A stretch of 64,000 bases of DNA from Prorocentrum cordatum. Lineage: Eukaryota. The stretch spans positions 310,001 to 374,000 of the forward strand of contig CAUYUJ010000092.1 in NCBI GenBank assembly GCA_963575745.1. Reading direction: 5' to 3'. This document shows, in pieces, positions 38,601 to 50,600 of the stretch. Under the pieces are notes generated by a model, which saw only the letters and a list, made by a program, of their open reading frames with translations, was not told the origin of the DNA and did not search any database. The position numbers were made by a program, and so were the translations under genes. How positions within the stretch are numbered: the stretch's first letter is position 1; each line of letters begins with the position of its first letter.

Positions 38601-41600
38601 TCACACCCTCAAGCCTCAAGAGTATTGCTACACGGGTGTGTACACGTATAACAAATACTCAGCCCGAAATAGATCCGAAGATTTGCCGCGCGAATTGGGC
38701 AATTCACTCTCCAAGCTGGTGTTGAAACGATCTCGGAAAAATTGTCAATTGAATCAGTCCACGTGGTTCTCGGACGGCCAACTCTGCGGGAGTTCTCTTG
38801 GCGCATATGGGGTGTTGGGGATGATGCGGGAGGACTCGGAAGGACTTGTAGATTCCAGAGGCGCTCCGTTTTCCATACGGACTCCTATCCAAAACCTACA
38901 TACAGCTATTGTTTTCTGTATAATCCACACGCGCTAAACTTCTATATGCAGCAATGGTCTCCTGTTGCACACGGTTGCTGTGGTGCACACAAAGCGCCGT
39001 GGTGTACACAGGCGCTGTGGTGCAAACAGGCATTGTGGTGTACACTGGTGCTGTGTTGCACACGGCTGATGTGGTATACACAGGCGCTGTGGTGTAAACA
39101 AATGTTGTGGTGCGCGCAGGTACTGTGGTGCGCACTGGCGCTGTGTTGCACGCAGCTGCTGTGGTGTACATAGGCGCTGTGGTGTAGTACACAGGCGCGT
39201 TGGTAAAGATCGCCACCTACATGCTGCTGTCACCCGTCCTCGGTCATTCGTAGGCGTTCCCGGACGCCGCCGGCGCAAAACGCGACGTCACCAGCCCCTT
39301 CGCCCCCTCCCCCCACGTGGACGGCCGTCGTCGCCCTGGCATGAAAAAAGAGGCTCCAGGCCGGGCACGCATCGAAGAGTCTTCACCCACACAGCTGGAG
39401 CAGTCACAGCCCTGCGCCTCCAAGGGGGCCAGCGGGTTCTGGGTGCTAAACTGGCATCACCCAGGGGGGCTCTGATTGCCTTCAGGCCCACCAAAAAGCA
39501 TTATGAACGCATGGTGTGGTTTGTACGACATGTTCTTGGAACGTGTACGGTTGAGACCGCCTCGTTTCAACACCGCTGTTTTCTGAGAGCCCTGCTTCTC
39601 TTCTCTGGTATCATAAGATCTTTCTGCTCTGAAGCATTCCGTGGCAGGCCTACAGGCATGCCAGAACGGCCGGTCCCCCGCCCACTTCTGGGGCCACGCC
39701 CTCGCCCGCAGTCGGCCGCGCGCAGAGCGGGGGGGGAGGGGGGAGGGCTTCGTAGAGGCGCCCCCTGCTTCTTAGAAGGCGCGGGCCTTCTCTATAGATG
39801 TGTGGCCCACGCCTTCTAAGGAGCGGCGTCCTTCTAAGAAGCCTTCCCCCCTCCCTTCTAAGGAGCGGCGTCCTTCTAAGAAGCCTTCCTTCTAAGAAGC
39901 CTTCTAAGGAGCGCCGTCCTTCTGCGCGCCAACTATGCGGCCCGCCGCGGCTGTCGCTCCCGCAGCCGCTGCAGTGCGGGCGGCCACCCTCGCCGAGCTG
40001 GCCTGGCCTCGAGGCAGACGTTCGGGCGGCCGGGGTCCCGCTCGGCCTCGGCCTCCGCGATGGGCCCGCGAGGTCTCCCAGGGGCACCAGCCCTGCTCCT
40101 CCTGCTCCTCCTCCTCCTCCTTCTCCTGCTCCTCCTCCCCCTCCTTCCCCATCCTCCCCCTCCTCCCCCTCCCTCCTCCCTCCTTCCTCTTTCCTCCTCC
40201 TCCCTCCTCCCTCCTCCCTCCTCCCTCCCCTCTCCTCCCTCATACCTCCTCCCTCCTGCGGCCGAGCTGGAGTCGAGCAGACGACGTCTCCTCGGGGGCC
40301 CCCAAGCGGTGGGCCGACTACACCGCGTGGTGAGTCGGCGGGGACTCGGGGTCGCCGCACGGTGTTGGGGCCTGGCGCCGTTCTCCGAGGGCGCCTCGGG
40401 CGACTGGGGCCTCCAGGGCCCCAGGAGCGTGCGGCGACGGGCCACGCGGTGAGGCCACTCGGGACTTCGAGGTCACCGCGCGGTCCGTCACCACGCGGTT
40501 CTTGGGAGCCCCGAGACCTCGGCCTCGGCGTGGACCTCAGTCCGCCCAGGTGACCTTCGCAGCGGTCTCGGCCCCCGCGTGCGGTCAGCGGGCTCGCCCC
40601 GGTGGCGTGGCCAAGCTAGGGGAACGAAGCATGACATAAACATGAAAATTCGGAGGTCCGCGCGGATGCCTCGGACCGGCGCTGGGGCTCCCTGGCGGCG
40701 GCTCCGGCGCCGCCCATGGCGCGCTCCGCGCGCCAAGGAGAAGGGTCCAGCGCCGATCCGAGAAATCCGCGCGGACCTCCGAGTTTTTATGTTTATGTAA
40801 TGGTTTGTTCCCCTGCAAGCGCGTCGGGAGTCGGGCAGGTTGGCTGCCTTCTCCCCTTGCCGCCCCTCCTGCTCTGGCTGTCCCTTGTCCAGGCCTCCAA
40901 GAGGGGGTCCGAGCAGATGGTGTCGAAGGATCGCTCCGCATCGCCGGTGCATCGGCGATGCGGCTGGATGTGCAGCCAGAATTTCTTCACGCGGATGGCG
41001 CCGATTTATCGCCGACGTCGCCGATGCAACGCCGATGCATCGTCAATACATCGCCGATGCATCAACGATGCATCGCCTTTCCATCGGCGAAGCATTGGCG
41101 ATGCGGCTCGATCTTCCGACCCCATCTCCTCGGTCCCTATCGAGGAGGCCTCTACCCTGGGATCCGCCGCCCAACCCCGCAGCGCTCCGCAGCACGACCC
41201 CGCCGCCAACTGGTCTCACCGCGCCAGCTTAGCATGGCTCCGTCAGTTCGCAAGGACTGCAGGGTCCTCCCGCTGGCAGGCCCAGTCAGCCGCGCTCTGC
41301 TGCCATTGGCGGCTTCTGCAGGTCAGCTCGGCGTGCTGGGGGACACGCCCTTGTTCGGGCCTCCCAGCCTGCGGGGCGGCCAAGAGGGGGTGGTGACTAG
41401 CTCATCCTCCTCCTCCTCCTCCTCCTCCTCCTCCTCCTCCTCCTCCGCCTCCTCCTCCTCCTCCCCTTCTCCCTCCTCGTCGCCCTCCCCCTTTCTTTTG
41501 CTCTGCCTCCTCGTTCCCCACCCCACCCCCCCTCGCCCTTCCCCGCTGCTCGCCCCATCCCCCGCCTATTCCTGCGCCCCTAAACGAGGGAGGACGAGGA

Positions 41601-44600
41601 GGGGAAGGGAGATGGCAGGGGTGGTGTATGAAGCAATTGCCTCCTGGAAGGGCTTCATCAAGGACCCTTTCAACGTGGTTGATTTGATCCAGATGCGCTG
41701 CCGCTATGTCCGCCGCCACAGTTACACCGCTCTCCCCAAGGATGGGTCTGAATCCGAGCGGCTATTCGCATCGCTGGTAAGAGTTCAAAGAATGTGGGGC
41801 CGATCGCTTCCAGAGTGTGGCTTCGAATCGGACCAGACATTCGAATCATTACGAACCACTACCAAGGCCTCTGCCCTGGTGAGTCCGCACTCTTCCTCCA
41901 CCCGTCTTGAGCAGCTCATCCTCGTGGCAGAACCAGGCATGCTGGTAGAGCGGGCTTGACGTTCCTCTTGAGATTTCACCGCCGGCTATGCATTTGAACC
42001 TAGAAGTGTGCAGCTGCTTCATGGACGGAGGGCGGGCCGGTGTTAACGTGTTGCTCGCGGCGTAACGCCGCGCACTTCCATCTTAAAGGCTCCCAATTGG
42101 TTCAAGGGTGCGCGGTTCAAATGCGAGTTCGCCATAGCGTTGTCAAAATTCTCATGAGAAGAAAACAACAAGCACAGTGGTGGAGGGCGGCCCAGTTTCA
42201 CCATGGTGCACTCGTCCTGGCGTTGAGGACACCCGCCTTAAACGTTTCAACCGCTTCACAGATGGAGGGTGCCCCATTGACAAAATGTTGTGTCTGTTTG
42301 GAATTCGTTTGTTCCTCGACAACCATCAGTTCAGCATTAACTAACAGCTACTTGCGCGGATGGAGATCGGCTGTTTTTTTTCGAAAGGTAAGCATTGTTC
42401 AACATGTTCTCCATTTATCGCGGCCAGCCTAGGATTGAGCAAAGCTGCGCAGATGGAGGGCGGCTGCATTGAAAACGAGTTTCCTACTATCTGCTCCAGG
42501 CTTCATCGTATCCCCCGCGCACCTTATGGCTAAAAGGATCCAGGGCAGTTTGTTGTTCAAGACGGCTCTCTCGTATGGAATGGCAGGCACATGGTGTGGT
42601 CGTCGTTCAACGGAGGCACACCATGTAGTGAAAAGGAGCGCTTACAAGGTGTTCTGAGAAGGGCTTTCGGGACGGGATATTAATTGAGGCATCGTTGATG
42701 CATCTTGGGGTCATCCTTGTCCGTCCTCTTCTCCATCATGCGGGGCACGTTGGAGGGTTGCTGTGCCAATTCAGTATGTCATGCTTGAAGGCAGGTTATA
42801 TCGCTCATGCGTGTGCTATTTCATGTTTGCGAGCCTTCATGTGTTTGTATGCAGCTTCCGTTTATCGAAATGATGGCGCTTCGCGTGTCCACGCCTCCGC
42901 CTGACCGCGGCCCCGCGCGCGCCCGCCCCCTTGTCGCGGCCGCAGCCCGACCGTGACCGCCTGCCGCTGGCGCTTCCGCTTGCGGCTGTAAAAAAAAAGA
43001 AGTGTCCACGCCAGCCAGTCCAGACACTGTGCCATGCGAGTTGTCCTGATCAGGAAAGCGCATGTGCGGGTGGTGGAATAAAGAGAGTGGCGCCGTCAGG
43101 CCGAACTTTCGCATAAGCTTGGGCAGACTCAGGGGTGATTGATGTATGCCTTTGCTGCCGTGTCGAATGAGGAGGATGGGGCGGAGGGGAAGGATGAGGA
43201 GGAGGAGGAGGAGGGAGGACGAACTGGAGGAGGACGACGAGGAAGACGAGCAGAAGGAAGCTGAGGTTGATGGCACACTTTCCCAGTCAATTTCTGGTGA
43301 ACTTTGGGTGGGTGGAGGAGGCGATGGAGGAGGATGAGGAGGGGGGGCCGGCGAGGGGAAGAGGAAGGGCAGGAGCAGATGAACGGTATTGATCCTTCGC
43401 AGGGCTCTCTTGGGCGATGTTGCAGCCATCTTGAAGCAACGGAGGCCCTCCATAAGTAAAAGATAAGAAGGCAACAGTCCAGTGGCTTCCGCATGTTACG
43501 GGATGAGTTTGGCATCTCCAGGGTCTCTTTGGCGCGTTCCTTGGCCACCTGGAGCCGCCCAGGGGCCTCTTGGAGGCATGTCGGAGGACATACTGAACCA
43601 TCTTGGGCCATCGCACGCGCTCTCGGAGGCCATCTCGGGCTATACCTGAAACCGTCCTGGAGCAACAGTGGCCCAAAAGCCTATCAGGGACCCCCCCCCG
43701 ACATGCCGACACTCAGAGCCCCAAAATCATCAGGGGTAACTCGGGTCAGGGCTAACTCGGGTTATTTGTTTCGGGAATCCGAACCCGAGTTACCCCGGAC
43801 CCGAGTTACCCCGGATAACTCGGGCGCCCAGAGCCCCAAAATCATCAGGGGTAACTCGGGTCAGGGCTAACTCGGGTTATCTGTTTCTGGAATCCAAGCC
43901 CGAGTTACCCCAGACCCGAGTTACCCCTGATGATTTTGGGGCTCTGGACGCCCGAATTATCCAGGGTAACTCGGGTCCGGGGTAAATCGGGTTCGGATTC
44001 CCGAAAAAACGAACCCGAGTTACCCCGGACCCGAGTTACCCTGGATCATTCGGGCGCCCAAGACACTCTTCTGGAGCACGCACCTGTCGTTCGATGACGT
44101 GGGCCCTGAGCGAAGGGGCCTGGCGCGCCCGCACCCTCGCCCCTCGGGGTCCTTCCCGGGCCGTTCTTTTGGGCGCCTCGGGGGGGGAGGGGGGCAGGGC
44201 TCCTCCTCCCCCCTCCCTCCTCATGCCTCCCTCCCTCCTCCCTCCCTCCACTCCCTCCCTCCTCCCTCCTCCTTCCCTCCCTCCTCCCTCCTTCTCCCTC
44301 CTCCCTCTTGGGCGCTTTGGGGGGGAGCGAGAGGGCCCCCCCGCGTCAGCGTCGGCTTGGCCTCGCTCGGGCGTGTGCATTTGTCCTTTGACGAGGACCA
44401 TCGAGGAGCATCCTTGATCAGTTGGCGAAAAGACCACGCACGAAACAGAAAAAAACACAGGAATGGACGTCCGAGCGATGGCCAGTCGGGCGTCAGTCGG
44501 AAAGCCCCCGGCCGCGGGGAGGGTACGCAGGCCGGGCGCCAGGGGACCCGCCTGCGAGTTGGTGCCCGCGCCGGGCGGCCTGGCCGGGCGCGGCGCCGTG

Positions 44601-47600
44601 ACCGAGCGGCGTCGCCAAGCGGCTCGGAAGGAAGGAAGGGCCCGCTTGGCGCACGGCACGGGCCACTCTTGAGGGCTGTTCCGGGTGGTGCTGGACGCGC
44701 GCCGCGCGTTCCTGGGTGCCCCGTGGGGCCAAGCGCGCCAGGCGCGCCTGGTGCACCGGATGCGCCACGCGCTCCGCGTGAGCCCAGCGCGCCACGTGCT
44801 CCAACCGCGCCGCGAGCGCGCCGCGCGGAGAGAGCACCAGGTGCTCCAGCGCACGTCACGGCACGAGTCGGGAGGATTTGTCGACTCCCCCCCAACCATC
44901 CGCGTCAAAGATCAATGCTGAGCGACGGCCAGGTTGCCAGCATCGTGTATTGTGCGCGCGCGCACCCGCAATCACTTGGGAAATGGCTTGTGACAGGGAT
45001 GGTGGGCCCGTGCGCAGCGGGCAGTACGATGGCATCCCCCCGTCCACCCCCCTTACCCACACCAAAATCGGAGTGATCGCGGGCCGCTCGAACATAATTC
45101 AGGTATGGCCGCAAATTGCATGGTGTATTGTTGTTTGGCAGGGGTGATAAAGGGGGGGCATTGTTCCTGGCCGGTTGCTGGTCAAGCGGGGGAGGGGGTG
45201 CTCAACGAGAGAGGGGGCAGTGATAAACTCCCAGAAGGGGGCCAAGGAGAGGTGGAAGAGGAAATTCCCGAAAGCACCTCCGCCTGCAGAGGGCTGGTGG
45301 GATTAGTCTGCCACCTTCGTCAATCGTTTGCGTGGGGGGGTGCTGTCGTTTTTCGTATGGGATTGTTTGAGCACCTACCGTTCATTTACCTTCCGTACAA
45401 TTCGCCTGCAATGCTTTGCTCTCTTGCTTGAAGAAAATAGTGGTTTGCACATGCTGCCCGGTTTTTCTGTTTTGTGGGTGGCGACGCCGTGATATCGGCC
45501 ACTCTTGCTTGTCATTCGTCTTTCAATTACCGCTAGTGCGCGTGGGGCGTGAGTCCTCAGGACTGTCGGGGCCAGGACGCTGGGGCTTTTGGGGCGGCAG
45601 TCGTGTCGGGCAGTGCCGCGGGGGGGTCGCCAGCAGCGGGCTTTCCACATTCTGGTGGAAGTCGAGGATCGAGGAGGTTTTGGACGTAGGAGGGCGTCTT
45701 TGGGAGTCCTGGCGGGTTCTGGGGGGGTCCTGCGGGGGGTCCGTTCCTTGGAGTGGTGACCCCTTTTGGCGTTGCCTGGATGTGGGGCGAGGGGGTTGGC
45801 TCTGACGGATTCATTTGGGAATCTAGCAGTCCTGGCTCATTGGGTGGGGGAATGCGGTCAGATCGGGGCGTCAGGATGGCGATCTCGGGGCATCTATTTC
45901 CAGGGGGGTCCAACGATTGTTTCGCAAGGAGTTGGCGCACTATAGTACGCAAGAGCACAGGACTTTATCTGCTCACCGCTACACCACGCAGCGGCGGATT
46001 TCAGTGTTGCCCATCGTGCTCCGGGCATTCGTCGGCTTCAGCCTTCCGGAGCGTATGGATGCCCGAGAGGTATTTCCCGTATTCCCCCTCCCTTCCCCTC
46101 GCCTCCTGGGGGGGAGGGGGAGGACAGGTAGGAAGGAGGGAGAGGAGGAGGAGGAGGAGGAGCAGGAGGAGGAGAAGGAGGAGGAGGAGAGAATCAGGAG
46201 GAGGAGGAGGAGGAAGAGGAGGAAGAGGAGGAGGAGAAGGGGGAGGAAGAGAAGGAGGGGGAGGAGGCTGAGGAGGAGGACGAGGACGAGGAGGAGGAGG
46301 ACGTTCGCGAGGTGCCAGAGATCCTGCTGCTGTGCGTAGTGCCCGTGCTGCGCCTGGCAAAGGCGCCGCGGCGGAGAGGTCTCAAATCGGCGCGCTGCGA
46401 GCCAGTGCTGGTAGTCTGCCTTCCCCTTTATCCCCTCTTCCCTCCCCTTCCCTTTGCGCCCTCCTCTTCCCCTTCTGCCCTCCTTCCATCCTCTTCCCCA
46501 TTCTGCCCGCCTCTCCTCTTACCCTTCTCCATTCCTCTTCCCCTTATGCCCTGCTATCCTTTTCCGTCCTCTCCCCCTTCTCCCTTCCTCGCCCCTTTCC
46601 GCCCTACTCTCCTCCCCCGTCCTCCCCCACACTCATTCCCCTTATCCCCTCTCCTCTCCCCCGCCATCCCTCATCAATGCTCCCTTCTGGACGATGCCTC
46701 TGTTCTACCCTCCCGCGATCGCCGCCGCCATCCAGGCCCCACCTCTCCCCGCGCGGCATCGAGATCATATGGCAAGCTGCAGCAAATCAATTCTCCCGAG
46801 CTTGCCAACGGAAAAGGTCGCAAATATGGTCGCTGTGATTCGCAAAATGTTGGAACCATGACTGATGACAGCGTGTTCGAATCGGATATACGACCGTGCT
46901 GTAAGCTTTGAGATGCGAAGAACAATTGAGTCAGCGGGGATTCCGTCTGAACCTGCTAGTTCCAGGGAGTCCAGGGTCCGAATGCCTCGTCGCTCAGGTC
47001 CGTCGGGTCATTTCGGAACATGAGTGCATGCATGCAGCCTTGATTCCGCAAGCTGCGGATGTTTCGTCCATGTCGGGGTATGCATGCAGCATGTCCCCGC
47101 CAATCGGGCTTCTGGGAGCGTTTAAAGCAGATGCGCACTTGCAACAAAATATATGTTTGGAAGCTTGCGGACGGAGTTGGCCGTACTTGTGGCCTTTGTA
47201 ATTCCCAATGCTGGAGGCAGGAATCACTGACTTCCCGATGGGGAGCCTGACCGTCTTGGGCTGGAGCTCGCCCAGACCCAAGAGGAGCGTCATGCTATGA
47301 TTCCAGGGGGGTCCAGGGGGCTCAACGCCCCATCTTTGATCTGCACTGAGGCCCTGGCCACCTGGGCCCCACGTTCACGGGCAGAGTGCACCTGCCAGGC
47401 ACACTACCAGCCAGAATCGGATGAGTTCCGAGGATGCGCAGTTTTGGCTACTACGGGATACGCGAGCAGCCCGCTTGGGTCTTGCGCGGCATCTGTACAA
47501 CATACGGAGTTTGGGGGGTGTGAGCGGAAGTGACCCCAACCGGGAAATCGGTTTCGGTTTCGATTCGTGTCGTGCGTGCGGGCGAGGCGAAGCTGCGCGA

Positions 47601-50600
47601 GTTCCTGCACTGGCAGGGGCTGCCCTCCTCCCCGTCGGGCGGCCGTGGCTCCCAGGTTGTCCCGCGGTTTTCCCGACCAGAGCCATCGCAAATCGACCGC
47701 CTCCCCCTCCCCCCCCACCTCCTTATCACCCGTAGGGTGGACCTCTCAGTACAATATATTGCGCAGCGCCTGGCAATGTCGTATCATGCCGCTGGAGCGT
47801 GGCGTTTAGAAGGCGCGCGAGTAATGGAGGGAGACTGATCGTGGCTACATTCATTGTTCTTGATGGGGGATCAGGGCGCGGCCACACCCCCTGAGAATTC
47901 ATCCTGTGAGTTCCCCTCCGCTTTCCTTTATCCCCCTTCCCTTTCCCTCTACCCCTCCCCCTCTCTGCGTTTTGATTCGCCACCAGCCGTCAGCCACCCA
48001 CTGCTCTGAAAACATGGTTGTGCTGCCTCTCTTGGGCGACCTCGTCCAGGACAGGGCGCGTCCAGCAGAGGCACCCATTGAGATTGTCCGATTGGTGTTG
48101 TCTTTGGAGGAGGCGGGGAAGGATAAGGAGGAGGGGGAGAAGAAGGAGGGCCGGACTGCAGAGGGAAGGGGATTGGTGTTGCTCGTTGTGGATGAGTAGG
48201 CGGAGGTGGAGGAGGAGTAGGAGGAGAAGGAGGAGGATGGGGAGGATGAGACGGAGGACGGGGGAGCAGGATGAGAAAGGATGCGAGGGGAAAGGGGCGA
48301 CGAGGTGTTGCGGAGGAACTTCGTGCAGATGAAACTGTTCGAGAGGGTCCTTGGTTCGACAATGGAGACGTTGCAGTTCTTGTTCCTCGTCGGCAGCTTG
48401 ATTGTCCTGACTTTTGCGTTCTTGATCTACCTCGTGGAGCCGCGCGACAACGTCGACACCTATTGGCGGGCGTTCTGGCTCGTGATAGTGACAATGACCA
48501 CCGTCGGCTACGGGGACATTTCCCCGGTCACCGACGAGGGCCACGTGGTGATATCCGTCCTCATCGTGTGCAGCGTCTTGTACATGGCGATTCCGATAGG
48601 CGTCCTCGGAAATGCGTTTTCGTTCGCCTGGAGCGACCGGGACTTGATCATGTTGATCGAAAAAACTCGCCAGCAGATCGCGCAGTGGGGGTACCAGCCC
48701 ACAGACCTCGCCAAGTTCTTCCTCCTTTTCGACGCCGACGGGAGGGGAGGGAAGGGGATGGAATGCGAGAGGAAAGGAGATGAGGGAGAAGAGAGTGGCA
48801 AGCTAGGTGCGCCCGCTGCACATCTGACATCCTACCCATCCCACTTTTCCTTTTCAAGTTCGCATACCGTCAAAGCGCCGAGTAAGGATGTTCAACGTTA
48901 CCCCTGTATCCTCCCCCTTCGGCCCATTCTTGGCCACTTTGGCTGGCCGCGCCCCGCTCGAAAAGTGTCGGCACAGCCTTCCAAGGCCCTTGCATCCTTA
49001 TCGCGCATCTTCATTATACGCCTCGATTGTTATCCCGGTCGGTTTGCCGACTCGGGTGTCGGGGATCGAATAGCGTTTTGCAGGAAACATGTATGAGGGG
49101 GCATGTCAGGGGAGGAAGGTACCGATACCGCTACACTTGCCTCGTTTTCGCCTTTTTAGGTCTCCTGGGAGGCCCTCGTCGCCACCTCTGGGTTCGGCTC
49201 GAAATTCTGGTCAGAATGCACCCCAGAAGAGGTCCGTCTCCGCACGTCGCCCCAGGTGCTTGTGTGCTTGTGCGCTTGTGCGCTTGCGTGCTTGTGTGTG
49301 TGTGCTTGGGTGCTTGTGTGCTTGTGTGCTTGTGTACTTGTGTGTGTTGTGTGTTTGTGTGCCTTTGCGCGTGTGTGCTATTGTGCTCTTGTGTTTGTGT
49401 CTGTGCTTGTGATTGTGTGTGCTGGTATGTCTTTGTATCCGTGCGTCCGTGTGTTTATGTGTGCTTGTGTGTCTGTGTGTGTGTTTGTTTGCGCGCGTGT
49501 TTGTGTGCACGTGCGTTCGGGTGTGGTTAGTTGTGTGCATGCGTTTGTGTATGTGCGTGTGGGTGTGCGCGTGTTTTTGCGTTCGCGTATTTTGTTTTGC
49601 CTCGTCTGTCCTTTTTCTCGCGTGCGTCTCCGTCTTCTTCTTTCGTGTCCTGGTCCCTTCCCGTCTCCATCCTTCCGTCTCCCTTTGCCCTCTCGCCCCC
49701 TGGCTCTCCCTCGCCCTTTGCCTTGCCCCTTCGGTTGGCCTCAGCGGTTTCGTCCCCCTCGCATCGTTCCTGCAATGCCTCTGCCCCTTTCCTCTTGCCC
49801 TTTTCTGCGTCCGTCGTCCTCTCTCGACACCCTGGCCGCCGCTTATCCTGGTCTGCCGTCCCTCTCGTTCCCGGGACTCTGTTGTATTCGCTACTTGTGA
49901 TTGCCACACTGGTTGGCACGTGAATCGACCCTCCAGAAAAATGTGGTTGAGTATGTGTGCGCGTGTGCTTGTGTATGTGTGTGCGTGCGTGTGCGTGTGT
50001 GTGTGTGCGTGTGCGCGTGCGTGTGTGTGTGTGTGTGTGCGCGTGCGCGTGCGTGTGCGTGTACGTGTGCGTGTGCGTGTGAGTGTGAGAATGAGAGTGA
50101 GTGTGAGTGTGAGTGTGAGTGTGAATGTGAGTGTGTGTGTGGCGACTGAGACTGAGACTGTGGCTGTGGCTGTGGCTGTGACTGTGGGTGTGAGTGTGAG
50201 TGTGTGAGTGTGAGTGTGTGTGTGGGGGGGAGTGTAAGTAAGTGTGTGCGCGTGAGCGTGAGTGTGAGTGTGCGTGTGCGTGTGCGTGTGCGTGTGTGTG
50301 TGTGTGCGTGTGTGTGTGTGTGAGTGTGAGTGCGAGTGTGAGTGTGAAGGTGAGTGTGAGTGTGAGTGTGAGTGAGAGTTCGAGTGCGAGTTTGAGTGTG
50401 GATGTGACTGTGGCTGTGACTGTGACTGTGATTCTGACTGTGACTGTGACTGTGACTGTTAGTGTGACTGTGAGTGTGAGTGTGAGTGTGAGTGTGCGAG
50501 TGTGTGTGTGTGAGTGTGAGTGTGTGTGTGTGCGCGTGTGTGCGTGCATGTGTGTGTGTGTGTCTGTGTGTGTGTCTGTGTGTGCGTGTGTGCGTGTGTG

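Noticed and set aside
44099..45076. Overlapping GC-rich ORFs
   Set aside because: Open in many frames because of extreme GC content; no recognisable motifs
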